Shown piece after piece: positions 1-30,882 of a DNA stretch of 64,000 nucleotides. Position 1 is the stretch's first letter; each line of letters starts with the position of its first letter. The position numbers and the translations under genes are program-made. The DNA lies in the NCBI RefSeq assembly GCF_021028975.2, contig NC_059430.1, positions 90,582,001-90,646,000 on the forward strand, given 5' to 3'. The stretch comes from Sphaerodactylus townsendi. Taxonomy: Eukaryota. The notes beneath the pieces were generated by a model, which had not been told where the DNA came from, ran no database searches, and was given only the letters and a program-made list of their open reading frames with translations.

Positions 1-1403
1 TCGCTGATGGGAGAAAAAACAGTAACACTCCAGCAGCTGAATGCTTCAGGCTCCATGAAGGACTGTTCTCTTTTATTTTGGTAACCCACCTTCTTCTTGT
101 GCATTGCCCAAAGTCCCCTGCAAACGTGATGGACCACCTCTTTCCCCAGTAGCATTTCATACTGTACGTTGACAGCAGAGGAGTTTTGTTGTGACTATTT
201 CCAGCTGGCCACAAGGATGAAAGACCTACTCTTTCCATTATTTCTGCAGATACAACCTTTCTGATACAACGTTTCTGGAAATTCTGAAGCCATGACTTTT
301 CCCCCTGAACTTTGACTTTTTTTTCTCTGTAAATTTCAGATAATAGAATATTTGCATGGATTAAAAAAAGCTTCTCTTTCAGAAGGTGGAAAATAAGCCA
401 GAATTTGAAGCAGGCAAGAGGATCTGATGGTGAGCAATATCTACCATATCCATCCATTGTAGCTGTCCAGTACCATAGATGAGCTTACACAATCCTGTCA
501 TAATTAACAAGCATTGTTTTGAGGGTGTAAAGGGCAGCTAACTGAAGACGGCAGTAAAAGCAATTCACTCTTATTTCCAAAAAGATAGCTTTCCCCCTCA
601 ATTTTCACCAAAAAATCCATTTTTTCCCTATTCAACAGGTCCACAGAAAAATCATTTTTTCTTCCCAGGATTTTTGAGGTGCTTCCTTGGCATTTATACT
701 TCTGCTTCTTAAGTTTGAGCAACTCAGCTGCTCATCTCAGTGCACAAGCCGGGCCATGAGCTCTGGAAGAAAGCAGAGGAAAGAACAACAGGTAGAAGGA
801 CAAATAGCTCCACAACACCTTTCTCTATCTCTTGATCCCAACAAGACTGAGTCAATAGGTGGAAGCAGTGCTGATGTCTCTTCAGTTCTTGTTAGCCGAA
901 AATAGGGTCCATATTAAAAATAATTTGTCAGGACAATGTGAAATGTATCCAGGAAATGTATATTCAGAGAATAAATGTGCACATGTTCTGGGATGCTGTT
1001 CTTTCACCATGCCAGTCAGCCACATGGACAAGGAAGGGTGGGGTGACGGTAGAATTACTGATTTGGATAGTATTCACTTGATCCTGTCATCCTATAGAAT
1101 TCCCAGTCTTCAAACAAGAATTAGAGTAGAATGTAACCAAGCTATTGGAAAGAGGAATAAGTCCATTGTGTGTGTGACTACACATGGTCTCCCAAAAACT
1201 AAGTGGAATCCTCACTTGAGATTCTTGCTTCAGAAACCATCTTGCTTTTTCCCTTTTGCAGAGACAGAAGAGCCATATTTAGACTCATCAAGACAGTTTC
1301 AGAAAAAAACACTATTTAATGTTTTAGAATTCATTCACAACTAAAACAATTTCTGGAAATTTTTCTCTACAAAAAGAAATAAAACCAGCTAGTCAAACCA
1401 AAA

Positions 1404-4400
1404 TCAGTAAGCATAAACTTTAACTTTATGGACTTCTTTGTCTGCACATTCTCTTTCCCTGTCATAATAATAGAAAGTATTGTCTCTTCTCTGCAGTTTC
1501 TTCACAAATCCTGTTCCTGGCCACCTTTCCACCTGCATGCAGAAGGGCAAGGGAAAAGGAACTCAGATATTTCAAATGGCTGGCATGAATCTATCCACAT
1601 ATCCCCTTGCAAAAGGGATTACATCCATGTACAAATAGGCCTCAATCTAACTGGATGATATGTGCACACATGTCCATGCTGGATTCAGGATGCACATACA
1701 AAAGACACTGTGCACAATTCCCCATCTTGAACTGACAGCCAGAGTGGCATGCATGCAAACATTTTTAAAAACCCACCATTAACCTGTTGAAGGGAATTAT
1801 GGTAGGGGACTTCATTTAGCCCCCACTATTTCCCCATCATGGCCAAACAGCTGATTAGCAACAATTCTAGCATTTTACAAAGAACTATGTGTACAAATTG
1901 TATGCATTGGCTATCTGACTGGGAACACAGTCTTGTTACTAATAAATGTGGTATACTTGGTAAATTTGCTAGATCCTAATCTGTGCTACATGCATTCCAT
2001 TCTGGGTTGACACGCCCTTTGTGCTATCTATCCAATCTCCTCCCTCAAATGAAACACTGCTACCCCTGTGCCCCTTGCATTCTAAGAGCTTCATGGGAAA
2101 ACTGATTTTTCATAAAACTTAAAGAGATAGTGAGAACCTATACAGTCTTCACAATATTTTAGTGTTTCAGACAGTCTTATGACTGTCATCCATGAACGTA
2201 TGGGCTATTTGTATCAACCAGCAGATGATGCTTTCAAGATTTTTTAGGAGCTAAATTAGGGCATTCAACAACTCAAAGGACTGAATCTTGTTTCTACTCT
2301 GAATAAAATGGCTATAAAGACAAGAAAGACTGAAAGGACCCATCTAGGAAATGGAAGGAGGGATTGGGCATTAGGGAAATCTATAGACAAGTACTGCGGA
2401 GTTGTAGAAGCAGTGTCAGGAAAGCTCAGAAGGAGTGAAGGCTAGCAAGGGATGCTCAGAAAAACTCTGCTGCTCAGAGAGGATGGTAAAATGTTAATTA
2501 GTGGCAAAGGGAAGGTGGATCCAACCAACTCCTCTTTTGCCTCTAAATTCTACTGAAAAGGGAACTGGGTGCAACCACTCAAAAGGAGCATGAACAGTGC
2601 AGCTCAAGACTGAAAAGGAATCGCGTGGGGAATGTAACAGAAAAAAAGAAAGTTCTGGGAAACTGCAGACCAGTCAGTCTGACTTTGATACCAGTAAAAA
2701 ACCAGATTATAAAGAATTCAGTTTGCACGCATCTTGAAAACAATGAAGAAAACTAGAAGAAAGGACTGATTTGTCAAAAATGAATTCTGCCAAACTCATC
2801 TTCAAAAAAAACACCACAGATTGTGGATTGTGAGAATGATGTGGATGTAATATTCTTTGATTTCAGAAAGCCCCGTGACAATGTCCTCCATGGTATTTTG
2901 GCTAAATGGGGCCTAGAGGGATTCACAGTTGATTGGAGAACCACATTAAAAAAGAGTGCCTCTCAACAACATTTCATCAGTGGGAGTTCTCTAGTGAGGA
3001 GCTACAGGCAGGTATCTTTCAACATTTTTTTAATCAATTACTTTGATGTAGGAGGGAAAGGAATTCTTATCAAATTTGCACTTGACATAAAATGAAAGGG
3101 ACAGTGAACACTGTAAAGTACTAGAATAAAATTCAAAATTGCCTAGATAGTTTGGAAAAAGGCTGAAATGCAACAAAATAAAATTCAGTAGAGACAAATG
3201 AAAAGTTACAAATCCAAAGTTATGAATGTAGTAAAAATTAATCAGAAACATGGATAAAACATAAGAGAACTGGCTTGGCAGCAGTACACATGAAACAGAT
3301 CTCCAGGTAGCTGTCACAAGCTGAACATGAGTTAGCAGTGTCATGCAACTACAGAAAAGGTTAATACATTTTTTAGGCTGTCTTGAAAGAAGTATAGTGG
3401 CCAAGCCACAAGCAGTAACAGATCTACTGGAGTCTGAACTAAACAGATGTCATCTGGGGTACTGAATCTAGGGATGAACATTAAGAAAGCTGTAGGTGAA
3501 CTGGAACATATTCCGAGAAGGAGATTGAAGATGGTCAAAGGATCAGAAAATGATCCCTTCTCCTACAAAAAGTTGAAGAAACTAGACATGTTTATCCTGA
3601 GGAAGTGAAGGCTGAAGGGAGACACGGGCACACTCTTCAAGCGCCTGAAGGACTGTCACGTGGAAGAGGGCAAAGATGTGTTCTCTGTCACAGAAAGCAA
3701 GATTACAGTTAATGAGATTAAGGCTCATTCCGCACATGCAGAATAATGCACTTTCCAACTGCTTTCAGTGCTCTTTGAAGCTGTGTGGAATAGCAAAATC
3801 CACTTGCACACAGTTGTGAAAGTGGTTTGAAAACGCATTATTTTGTGTGTGCAGAAGGGGACTAAGTTACAGGAAGGTAGATTTTGGATGAACATTAGAA
3901 GAAATGTCCTAATCCTAACAGCATTTTGGCAGAGAAGCAATCATCTGGGCAGGAGTGAGCTAGGGGCCTGTTGCTCACTGGAGGACTTCAAACAGAGGCT
4001 GGGCAGCCACTTATCAAATACTCTAGCTCCGGATCTCCTGAACTGAGCAGGGAGTCGAACTAGATGGCCTAAAGGCCCCTTCAAAGTCTAGAGTTCTCTA
4101 ATGCAGCCCTGAGAGTGCTTCTCTGTGGTTCATGTTATCTTGTCAGAGTTCCAGGTTTGATTATAAAACAAAATACAGAAAGCTCAATGCAACATGATAT
4201 TTGAGAAAATAGAAGAGCAGTATGTTCTAAAGAATCAAAAAACCCAGAATGCAAATAATGATTAAGTCACTCAAAACTCTGGAGTTTTTACTGCTAGACC
4301 TTAAAAAGTAAACTTACCAGTTCCTCAGACCATCCTAGGATTGCCAACTCTGGTTTGGGAAATACTTGGAGATTTATACTTCAGCAGGGTATAAAACCAT

Positions 4401-7400
4401 AGCAGTTATTTTCTCTTGGGCAGAAAAGCAGCTAATTTCCCTCGGGGAGTTGATCTCTGTAGTGTGGAGATCAATTATAATAGATCTCCAGATGCCACCT
4501 GGAGGTTGGCAACCATAACCATGGCCTATATACTAAAAAAGTACACCAGTAGGTTACCCCTAATTTGGTGCTTCATTCAACCATTATTAAATGATTGTCA
4601 TACATTCCATTATACTATCAGTTGGGAGACCTATTTTATTCTGATCTAGAAGTCATGATGCTCTTCTGATATGCTGACTGTACAGCTCAGAGGTGGAAAT
4701 GGGGAGGCCAGTTCTTAACTGCTGAGATAAATTATCACTTTTTTGAAATCTTGATTTACATCTTGGAGAGTTCAGAAATGAAACCATTTCCAAACAAACA
4801 TGCATGCTGTCAAAAAGAAAGAGTGGCTTAAATGTAAGATGCACAAGGGCTACCTATGACAATGGTTTTTAAAATAAGGAGCACTCCAGATAAAGTGTTG
4901 CTTTACTAGCTGACTAGCAGTGAGCAACCCAATACTACTTAGAGATGGACATCAGTATTTTTTATGGGCACAGCAGAAGACCCAGTGGTAGATCATTTTA
5001 TTTATTCTGCCACTGAAGCTGACTGGGTAACTTTAAGCCAGTCATATATTTTCAGCTTAATCGACCCCACAAAATTGTTGTGAGGGTAGAAAGAAGGAGG
5101 GGAGAATGGTATAAGTTGTTTTGGGTTCCCACTGGGGAGAAAGGCAGGGTATACATCAAATAAAATATAATAAATTGGGGAAAAGGTGAATCCATTTATT
5201 GCCTAAAAAATGACAGGAGGAAGAAAGGAAAAAATTGAATAATATGAAGAGAAATAAATGACTTAAATAGAAAGGAAACAATTATTGTCAAGCTGACAGG
5301 TGACTAGACTAAGTAGCTTTTTGCCTAGTCAGTGGTGCAGACCTCTAAACTGTGCTTTTGCCTTTCCCAGAAAACTATTCACTAAATAGCATGAGTGTAT
5401 ACAGCACAGCTGTGCTAGCTAGGGCTATATTCTCACACTAATACTTCATCAGATTCTAGGGCATGGCGTTCTTTGTCTCTTTCCTTAGGGTAAGGTGTAT
5501 TGGCTGCTAGGCATGCAAATGGTCTCAGAAGAATAGAACAGAAGTCCAGGAGCACCTTACTGGTGAACTAAATTTATTCCAGGATAAGTGTAAATGAATC
5601 AGAGTTCACTTCATGTACATCCATAAGGAATTTATTTATTGACCTTGTGCATGTGATAATAACAAAAGAAACAGCCTGCTGGATCAGACCAAAGTCCATC
5701 TAGTCCAGCATTCTGCTACTCGCAGTGGCCCACCAGATGACTTATGAAAGCTTATGCCAGAATAAATTTTATTCGGTCTCTGAAGTGTGACTGGACTTCT
5801 GTTACATTTTGCTGCTACACACTAACACAGCTACCCCTCCAGAATTATTAGGACTGAGAAGACAGTGGAATTTGTGTCATGGCTGCTGCTGTCAGAAAAA
5901 GCCAGTTTCAGTAGAAAACAGCATTTGGAGGCTGCTTTTCCAAGTGAAAGGTTACAGGTTTCCCAACCACAATAGCAGCCCCTTCCTCTTTTCTGTGTTC
6001 TGTTATGGCTTTCCCATCCATGCCAGCGAAACAGTTCAGCAGAAGGAGGCAGGCTTATTCACATATTTCTATGGCAGTATTACAATCAACATTTTAAAAG
6101 AACGACTTAGCCACAGCTGGATCACACTTGCAGAATAACCAGGGCTTACCACACTAACGTGCTTCACTTGTTTATACTCAATTTCATCTCTGTATCCAGC
6201 TTGCTGAAATCTGTACAGATTCTCAACTTCATCTGACCATGCTTTGGCCCGACGTATGGATTTCGGCTTAATAGCACAGGCTTCAGAAAGATTACTTGTT
6301 AATTTGCTACAGGTAATTTGAAGAAATACAAAAGCAGAGCGTTGAATTAGTAAAATAATATTGATTGGGTGTTGGTCTAAAAAGACAGGAATTGAATGTA
6401 CAAACATGGTCAACAACTTCTACCTTGTAACAACTTCTAGAATAACACTCAAACAAAAGTGCATGCTTTTAAAATAACAATAACATTGACTACACCAACT
6501 ACAAGAAACTTTATGCAGCAAACACTTCACAAATGTGATGAAGTGGGGACCAGTTTAAAATATCCCAATTTACAAATGTCTCTTTCACAAGGAAGAGCTG
6601 GCCTTCTATTGCCAAAAAGATTATGTGGGAGAGATACTGTCGCAGACAGACTTGGAGTCCAATTTTCTCTTCTCGTATTGTTTCTTCAGGCACTGAGGGG
6701 AAGAAGGAGCCTCAAGTATAATTCCTTCTCAGTTTGGAATCCTTTGAATAGTATAGCGGCAATCAATGGTCACTGGTGAAAGAACAGGGAGGTGTGTACT
6801 TTAAAGGTACAATTTCCCTTCCCTTTGTGACAGTGTCCATGCCTGAATGGTCAGGAGCTAGCACCTGCATCCTGCTTCTTTTTTGCTGCTGGGAGTTCAT
6901 TCTAGCCTACCACTATATTTCTACAGATCATCTCCTGCTCTGCCCTTTTCCCCCTCCCTGCTTGTCACACAGACTGTGACTTAAGAAATATATATAATCA
7001 CAATTGCAATAAATACAATTTTTGCAATGCTGTTTCTCACCCACCTCTGATAAATTACTATTTCCTAATACACTGAAAGACCTCCCTTCCCTTGTCCCCT
7101 CTTTTGCTCTTCTGCCCACCCTCCAATGTTTAGTCAGTGCCATGAATGTATAGAGATGATCTAAATTGATTGGATTGTTTGTTTTAATTGTTGATCTACT
7201 GTTGGAAGCCACCTTGAGCCCACATGGGGAAAGGTGCCCTAGAAATCAAACAATAAATAAATAAATACATCTACATATGGTGAGCAAAACTGTCACTGAG
7301 GGGGGATGAGAGTTCAATTACACTTTTAATCTGAAGGCCCTATATAATGACCACTTACATGTCTTCAGGGCTTTCTGATTCTCTGCTGCAGGACACACTA

Positions 7401-7414
7401 GGCCCTTCTGTCAT
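1404..7414 (-). CDS. MEIG1: Meiosis/spermiogenesis associated 1 (MEIG1), 3 coding exons: 7359-7414, 6150-6306, 1404-1532; 113 aa
   Basis: Exon 6150-6306 encodes [40 protein letters not shown] and exon 1404-1532 encodes [42 protein letters not shown], both matching MEIG1. GT-AG sites are present. The first exon ([18 protein letters not shown], phase-2 donor GTAAG) is inferred from phase fit and is less certain. Confidence 0.93.
2290..4100 (+). mobile_element. Decayed CR1-type LINE, RT region to 3' end
   Basis: [14 protein letters not shown] resembles the RT motif DVIYLDFSKAFD.VPH; LIKFA.D.K, KLQEGRF..NIRRN and LE.FKQRL..HLS are typical of the CR1 ORF2 C-terminus; many stops and frameshifts. 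Confidence 0.85.
3722..3862 (+). mobile_element. 141-bp PIF/Harbinger-like MITE (family A), nested in CR1
   Basis: Imperfect TIRs GGCTCATTCCGCACATGCAGAATAATGC / GCATTATTTTGTGTGTGCAGAAGGGGAC; 3-bp TSD TAA; two more copies in the window. Confidence 0.85.
4337..4516 (+). mobile_element. ~200-bp element with AGGGTTGCCAAC-type inverted ends (hAT-Blackjack-like MITE); related copies near 9230-9425, 27455-27626, 50386-50591, 60565-60762, 60908-61110
   Basis: The shared core (gcagccattttctccaggggaactgatctc...ccacctggaggttggcaaccct) recurs six times in both orientations. The superfamily call rests on TIR resemblance only. Confidence 0.65.
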
Positions 7415-7629
7415 ATGTGCCTTTCCAGAGGAGAAAGATGTACAAGGTACAGCATTAGGATCCATGAACCCAAAGGGATTGTCCATATGAACTCCTGCAA
7501 GGAGACAACGTGAAATTAAAATTGCAGACATACCACTAAGGTATTCCACAGCAATTTCACACACACCACTGAAAATACCCTCGAATTTCTTAATCTGCCT
7601 GCATGACTAATTTAGAACTTTCATATGGT

Positions 7630-7890
7630 TTTCATATGCTGCTTTTCTCTACCATAAAGCAGCTTACAAATCACCTCCCCTGCCCCACACACAATATAAC
7701 ACCTTGTGAGGTAGGTGGAGCTGACAGAGTTCAGTGAGAACTGTGATTAGCTCAAAATCACCTATTAGACTTCATGTGGAGGAGTGGGGAAACAAAATCA
7801 GTTCCCCAGATTAGAGTCCATCACTCATGTGAAAGGATTTGGGAATCAAATCCAGTTCTCCAGATTAGAGTCTGCCACTCTTAACCACTT
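7630..7890 (-). mobile_element. tRNA-derived CORE-type SINE (Squam3-like)
   Basis: Similar to the copies at 12700-12993 and 57622-57875. Confidence 0.7.
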
Positions 7891-8482
7891 ACCAACCTAG
7901 TTCTGGAAATGCATACATCTAGTTTTTAAGTCAGGAACCCACCTCAGAATTGACTCATTGCAGCTACATTCAGTGCATGTTCCAGAAACTGCAATGCTAA
8001 TAAAAGGCTGGCAAAAGGAAAACTACCAGAATGCACAGAGTTTGCCAGCTCTCAGTTAACACTAATTTTTATTTTATTCCATTCTACCCTTTCTCAGCAC
8101 AAGCTGAGTCCAGAGCAGATAAAAGTAGAAAGTTTACAATTTAGAAATACAATAAAAACATAAGTATATAAATATCAATTTAAATCTTACATCTCAAAAC
8201 CAAATCGTTCATAATGGTGCACAAAAAATATAACCAAATAATGATGATTCCATTGAATATATGGTTTAGCTAATTTAAAGGACTATCATGGGCAGAGATC
8301 AGTCCCAGGGAGAAGAAAAAAATGCTCATAGCACAAAACATGAAAACAACAGCACCATCTAGTACAGAAGGAACCAGTGAAGAAAGAGGGGACAACCCAA
8401 AAGGAAAGCAAGAGTAAATGAAAAAGAAATGGAGGGAAAGAGGAAGGGATGGAGGGGAGGCCAGTAGATGTAACCTATCTTT

Positions 8483-8991
8483 GGCCCACTCCGCACGTGC
8501 CAATAAACATGGGTTTAGAATGGGGGGAAAACATGGGCGGGGGAGGACTTTGTACAGATCCCACCCCTAAAGTGAGTCTGCCCCATGTTATTTCCCTCAG
8601 ATCAAGTTTTTTGAGAATCACGTAATTTATGAGTCTTTTGAAAAATCCTGGGTTGCAGCTGCTTGTGAGCAAACAGCCTGGCAGGAGGTGCTTTATTCGC
8701 CTCGGTTTTCCTTTTTTTAAAAAATTCACGGCTTACATCTGCATAGCCATGCATATGCAGAAAGTCATATCATGGTATAGTGAGATGTCAGCAAGGCTGT
8801 GGGGGCTCATTTGTGCATGCCTGCATAGCTATGCATCAGTGGAAGGTAAATTTAAAAAACAGACATGTGAAGGCGTGACAGCAACCTGCATCTAATCACT
8901 GCCTACATGGATGCATGCAAATGCGAAAAAGGTGAATGAGTTACTTTATCTCAACTGCAACCCACTATACATTTGCTGTGTGAAGTGGGCC
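8483..8991. mobile_element. Putative Harbinger-like non-autonomous DNA element
   Basis: Imperfect inverted ends GGCCCACTCCGCAC / GTGTGAAGTGGGCC; no clean TSD. Confidence 0.4.
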
Positions 8992-10329
8992 TCAGTCTTC
9001 AACCACAGGCCTGGTGGAATATCTCCATCTTACAGGACCTCTGGAACTGAGCCAGGTCCTGTAGGGTCTAAGACCCACTCAACTGAGAATTCCATCAGGC
9101 CAGGGCCAGGGCCAGGGCTGAAAAAGTCCTGGTCTTGGTTGAGGACAGCTGGAAAATGTTGGGGCCAGGAATCACCAGAACATTGTTTACTGCTGAGTGT
9201 AATGTACTTTGGGGGATGCAGCAGGAGGGAATCCTGAAGATCTCTTGGAATTAGAACTGATCTCTACACTACAGAGATTGGTTTCCCTGGAGAAAATTGT
9301 TGCATTGGAAAGTGGGCTTTACAGCATTTCACCTGACTGAGGTCTCTTCAATGTCAAACCATGGCCTCCCCAAGCTCTGTTCCCTAAATCTCCAGCTGTT
9401 TCCCAGCCCAGATGTGGTAACCCTAGTGAAAACACCATCAGAAGAAAGCAAAACTGAAATGGTCCAGTAGTTACATTTAAAGACATCGTAAAATTAGAAG
9501 TCTGAATGTTTATTCTGAAGAGAGATCATGGAATCAGGTCTATTCAGCCAATGTTGACAAAAGCTACACTGCTAAAACTGAATTCCAGATGAGAAAAATG
9601 TGCAGAAAAGGCTGATTGAAAATCAAGTCAGATTTGTGCAACAGGCACATTTAGAAAAAAGTTACATTGTCAAGGTCAGGGGATATGCCATCACATATAG
9701 TACACAATGTGATGTAAATATGTTCCATTTCCTCAATATTTCCTTTACTCACACATAATATTTCCTGTTGTATCTTGTTTGGCAAAAGTGGTGAACAGAC
9801 AGGAGTCACCTGCAAAGTGATATCATCAGCCAGTGATCAGGCATGTATCAAAAACTGTACCTTGATACATGATCACATCATGCAGAAGTTGGAGAAAGAA
9901 GCAGGAATAGGACACACTGAAGTGAAACTAAAGTAAAAAGGGAGCTGCAGCAAAAACAAAACAATATGTTTGTCTTTAACTTATCACAAGACTTCGTCAT
10001 GAGTTTCCACTGATGTTTTAACTTGCAAGCTAAGAACATGCTCTAAATTTCATTTTAAAAGCCAAATCAAATGAAAATGCACATTAAAAAAAGACTGACA
10101 TCTGCACATTATTGCTTATATTGTTTTAACAGGAACACCACAATATTGTTAGTCTATAGGTAACTTAAAACAATATTTCATTTCAGTGTAACTCAACTTT
10201 CTTGACATTTCTTTAGTTCATAAGACATGCTTATAGAGTCTATAGGCTCTTTAGTTTTCCTGTTACTTTGGAAGCTCTTCGCCTGATAGCCCGGATCTAG
10301 CCATGCCCAACTTGCATTATTTTGTTTGT

Positions 10330-10510
10330 TTTTCTGCAGCCAATTTGTGGCGACCCTATTTGGTTTTCAACCAGAGAGATTGACAAAGGAGGTTTACCAT
10401 CGCTTTCCTCTGCCCCTAGTGAGACTGCTATTCCTTTGTTGTCTCCCATCCAAACACTAACCAGATTCAACCCTGCTTCGCTTCCAAGATTTAATGACAC
10501 CCAACTAGTT
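10330..10510 (-). mobile_element. 5S rRNA-derived SINE (5S-Sauria-like)
   Basis: Minus strand reads atcttggaagcgaagcagggttgaatctggttagtgtttggatgggagac, a degenerate 5S rRNA internal control region, followed by a Sauria-like tail (gcagaggaaagcgatggtaaacc...gggtcgcca). Confidence 0.75.
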
Positions 10511-11357
10511 TCAGGACAGGGAGCAACCAACGCGCCAACAGACATAGAACCAATCAAGGCCGCTAATACTCTAATAAGCCCCGCCCCCTACTCCAGCACC
10601 TATCGTCTGAGTCGAAGGAGAAGAAGGGGCGGGGTAGGCCGGTTTGGGGTGGTGCTGATACGGCACCCAATCAAGGAGGTTCATTCATGTTTTCTCTTCA
10701 GAGCAAGACGACTTTTCATTCTTGCCCGTTTTCTGCACCGCCCAAAAGACTTCTCCTGTCCCACCAATTAAAGAAAAGCCACTCACTCCTCACAACGGCT
10801 TCTCCACTAGAACCGCACGCCGCGTCTCTTTTTCAAACTGTGGGTCGCAGTGGTTACACGGCAACCTAGCAACTGTTGGCGTCCTTTCCGCCGTCTCATT
10901 CTAAGCAATAGGAGCCAAGATGGGAGGTGGGCGCTGCGCTACGTAGCCAATCAAACAAGTGTTTTTGAGCCGGCGCTGGCGAAAGTAGCCAATCAGAAAT
11001 CTTTCGCGCACGCACGGACCTATTTACTGGCTATTTACCCAGCAGAAACAACGGAGCAAAGGACTACGAAAGAAAACTCGGGTCGCTTTCAGAGGCGCTG
11101 CTGCAATAAGAAAATTGCTGTTCTTTTTTATTATTAATAACAAATAATCATTAGCAGATTCTTCTGCATTTTCGCCGCGCGCGATGACGAAGCTCCTCCG
11201 ACCTGTTATCGCGCCCGCTAGGTTGACGTCAGGTAGAGAACTCGAGTGCGCTTTGGTGATTGGGCTGGACTCGGCCAATGGGTGGAAATCCGGAAGTAGC
11301 AAAGTGGAAGTGAGAGGCATGCAACCGTGGGAAGCGGTTTGATCGCCCAGCAGAGCC

Positions 11358-28900
<17,543 letters not shown>

Positions 28901-30815
28901 TGCACAAGAGGGGAAGTGCTGCATTGATTGGGGGGGGGGGGGGGTAGGAAGGGGTTGACTGTCAACTTGTTTCTGTTATTAGTAGAGAAGTCCTTTTGAA
29001 TCTCGTCACACTAGTGACCCATGCTTAATTTAAACTGGTACACTGAAGCTGTCTCGTTAACTGAACTTTTCTGTTTTTCTGCTGTGCATTCCAAGTTGCT
29101 CTTTGCTTTTACAATCAGTGTTGGAAAATTTAGCCAGTGCTGCATAATTCACTTGTCTTGTTTTATGTTTCCAAACTATAGGATAGCTACAGCAAAAGTC
29201 AATGTTAAGCAAATATGTAGTTGACAGTGCAATTTCACAGAATGACAGAAGAGTTGAAGTAACAGGTTTTACCTTTTATAAAATTATCTTTTTAAAAAAA
29301 TATATCTAGATGTTCAATGGTGGTTTCCCGCTGTTCCTACTGCAGCCCTCACAGGAGCCCAGTAATACTGAATAGTGGCAGCAGGTTGATTGTTATTCAA
29401 TGTGACCTGAGGCCATGTTCTCACATGGTCCACTCTTTTTCCTGGCTTTCACAGCTTGTATATTGTTGTACATTCTTTAAAACTGAATAGGTTACTGATG
29501 AAGGCAGAATCAAAACCTTTACAGTGCTGTCTGTCTTGCTTATAAATTCCAGGGGGTGAAGGGAGGCAGCACATCCTCCTAGGCTTTTACTGAATGCAGT
29601 ATTTAGAGGGGCTTATTATTTAGTCACACATGTGGCTGTAGGATTTAATCATATTCCACATGATTTGAAAATAGCCATAAAGGCTGATGAATAGCCACCC
29701 CCTTTCTGCTGGCTTAAAGGGCATGCAAGGAAACAAAGATGGATATGAGAGGAAGTAATAGAGAATTTTTACTTTATTGTCACTTAGTTGTAACACCAGT
29801 TCTAATAACACAACTCACATCCTTCGGTCAGCCTTTCTGAAGCTATGTCTTTAGCAGCCTGGCTTAATGTTGGCCTCCGGTTTCTCTTTCTGGTTTCCAG
29901 CAGGCCTCAGGCCACCAACACTGGTAATGTTTACAGTTCTAGGTTTGTATTCATTTCCCCTGAAGCAATTTGCAAAACTGCCAGAAATGTCATTATCATG
30001 TAATGATGTTGTAGAATGGTAATTACCAGCTGGAATGGAGAGAGAGAATGAGCTAGAATAGAAGAAAATGTTGCTGCTGCAGGTGAGGAATATTAGTTTA
30101 GCTGATGAAGGACATTACAGGATGGCTGCTTTTTCCAATCAACCTGCCTGTCTTCCTCCCACATGACTTGTGCTAGGAAAAACCTTTTTAATGGTTTGGC
30201 AGGAAACTACCCAGTGAGAGCTGGCTTTGAAATACAGCTGTTGGATTCAAGGAGGGACAGGGAGAACATTAAAAGGTTTTATGGAAAATCTAGTCTAAGG
30301 ACTACCCAATTTTCCTGTTCCTTCTTGAATCTGAACTTCATGGGAATTTATGCAGATACTACCTTTCAAAGTCAGGTGCCAGTGGTGAGTCACAATTGTG
30401 TACTTAATTCCTTGCAAATCCTTTTGTAGTTGCACAAGAATGGTATGAAGTTAGGAGCCACTGTCATGACAACCATCACCCCACCACAAAACAACAAAAA
30501 GATTTTTGGTACAAGAATCTCGGTGTGGCTGTGCTGGAGCTTGCCCCACACTTGGCAGACTTGGCAAGAAGTAGCTCAGAGAGAACTGAACAGGCTGCCA
30601 GTGAGGAAAGCAATCTGACTCTAAGCACAAAAAACTAGAACAGGCTGTTGTCCACCTGGGAGGAACAAAAGAGCTTGGAGTAGCCCACACCTGCAGCAAG
30701 GGCAGCAGGATAGATAATGGGGTGGTGACAGAATGGAGCCAGGAGTGAAAACGTGTATAGGTACCCTTAGGTTTTTCTGATACCACTAGGAAAAATATGC
30801 ACACTCAGCCTAGGC

Positions 30816-30882
30816 CCGTGGTGGCGAACCTTTGGCACTCCAGATGTTATGGACTACAATTCCCATCAGCCCCTGCCAGCGG
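30816..30882. mobile_element. One-armed hAT MITE remnant
   Basis: Left arm is similar to 37800-37947 (ctccagatgtt...actacaattcccatcagcccct); flanks GCCTAGGC / GCCTAGGA (7/8 TSD). Confidence 0.7.

Noticed and set aside
1-238. Minus-strand open frame MERVGLSSLWPAG... running off the window edge
   Set aside because: No recognisable homology and only about 79 codons are visible; it cannot be supported as a gene from this window.
5525-5850. Penelope-like terminal relics with a possible hammerhead ribozyme (also 19186-19370)
   Set aside because: The resemblance is from recall, and the CUGANGA/GAAA catalytic core is not intact in these copies.
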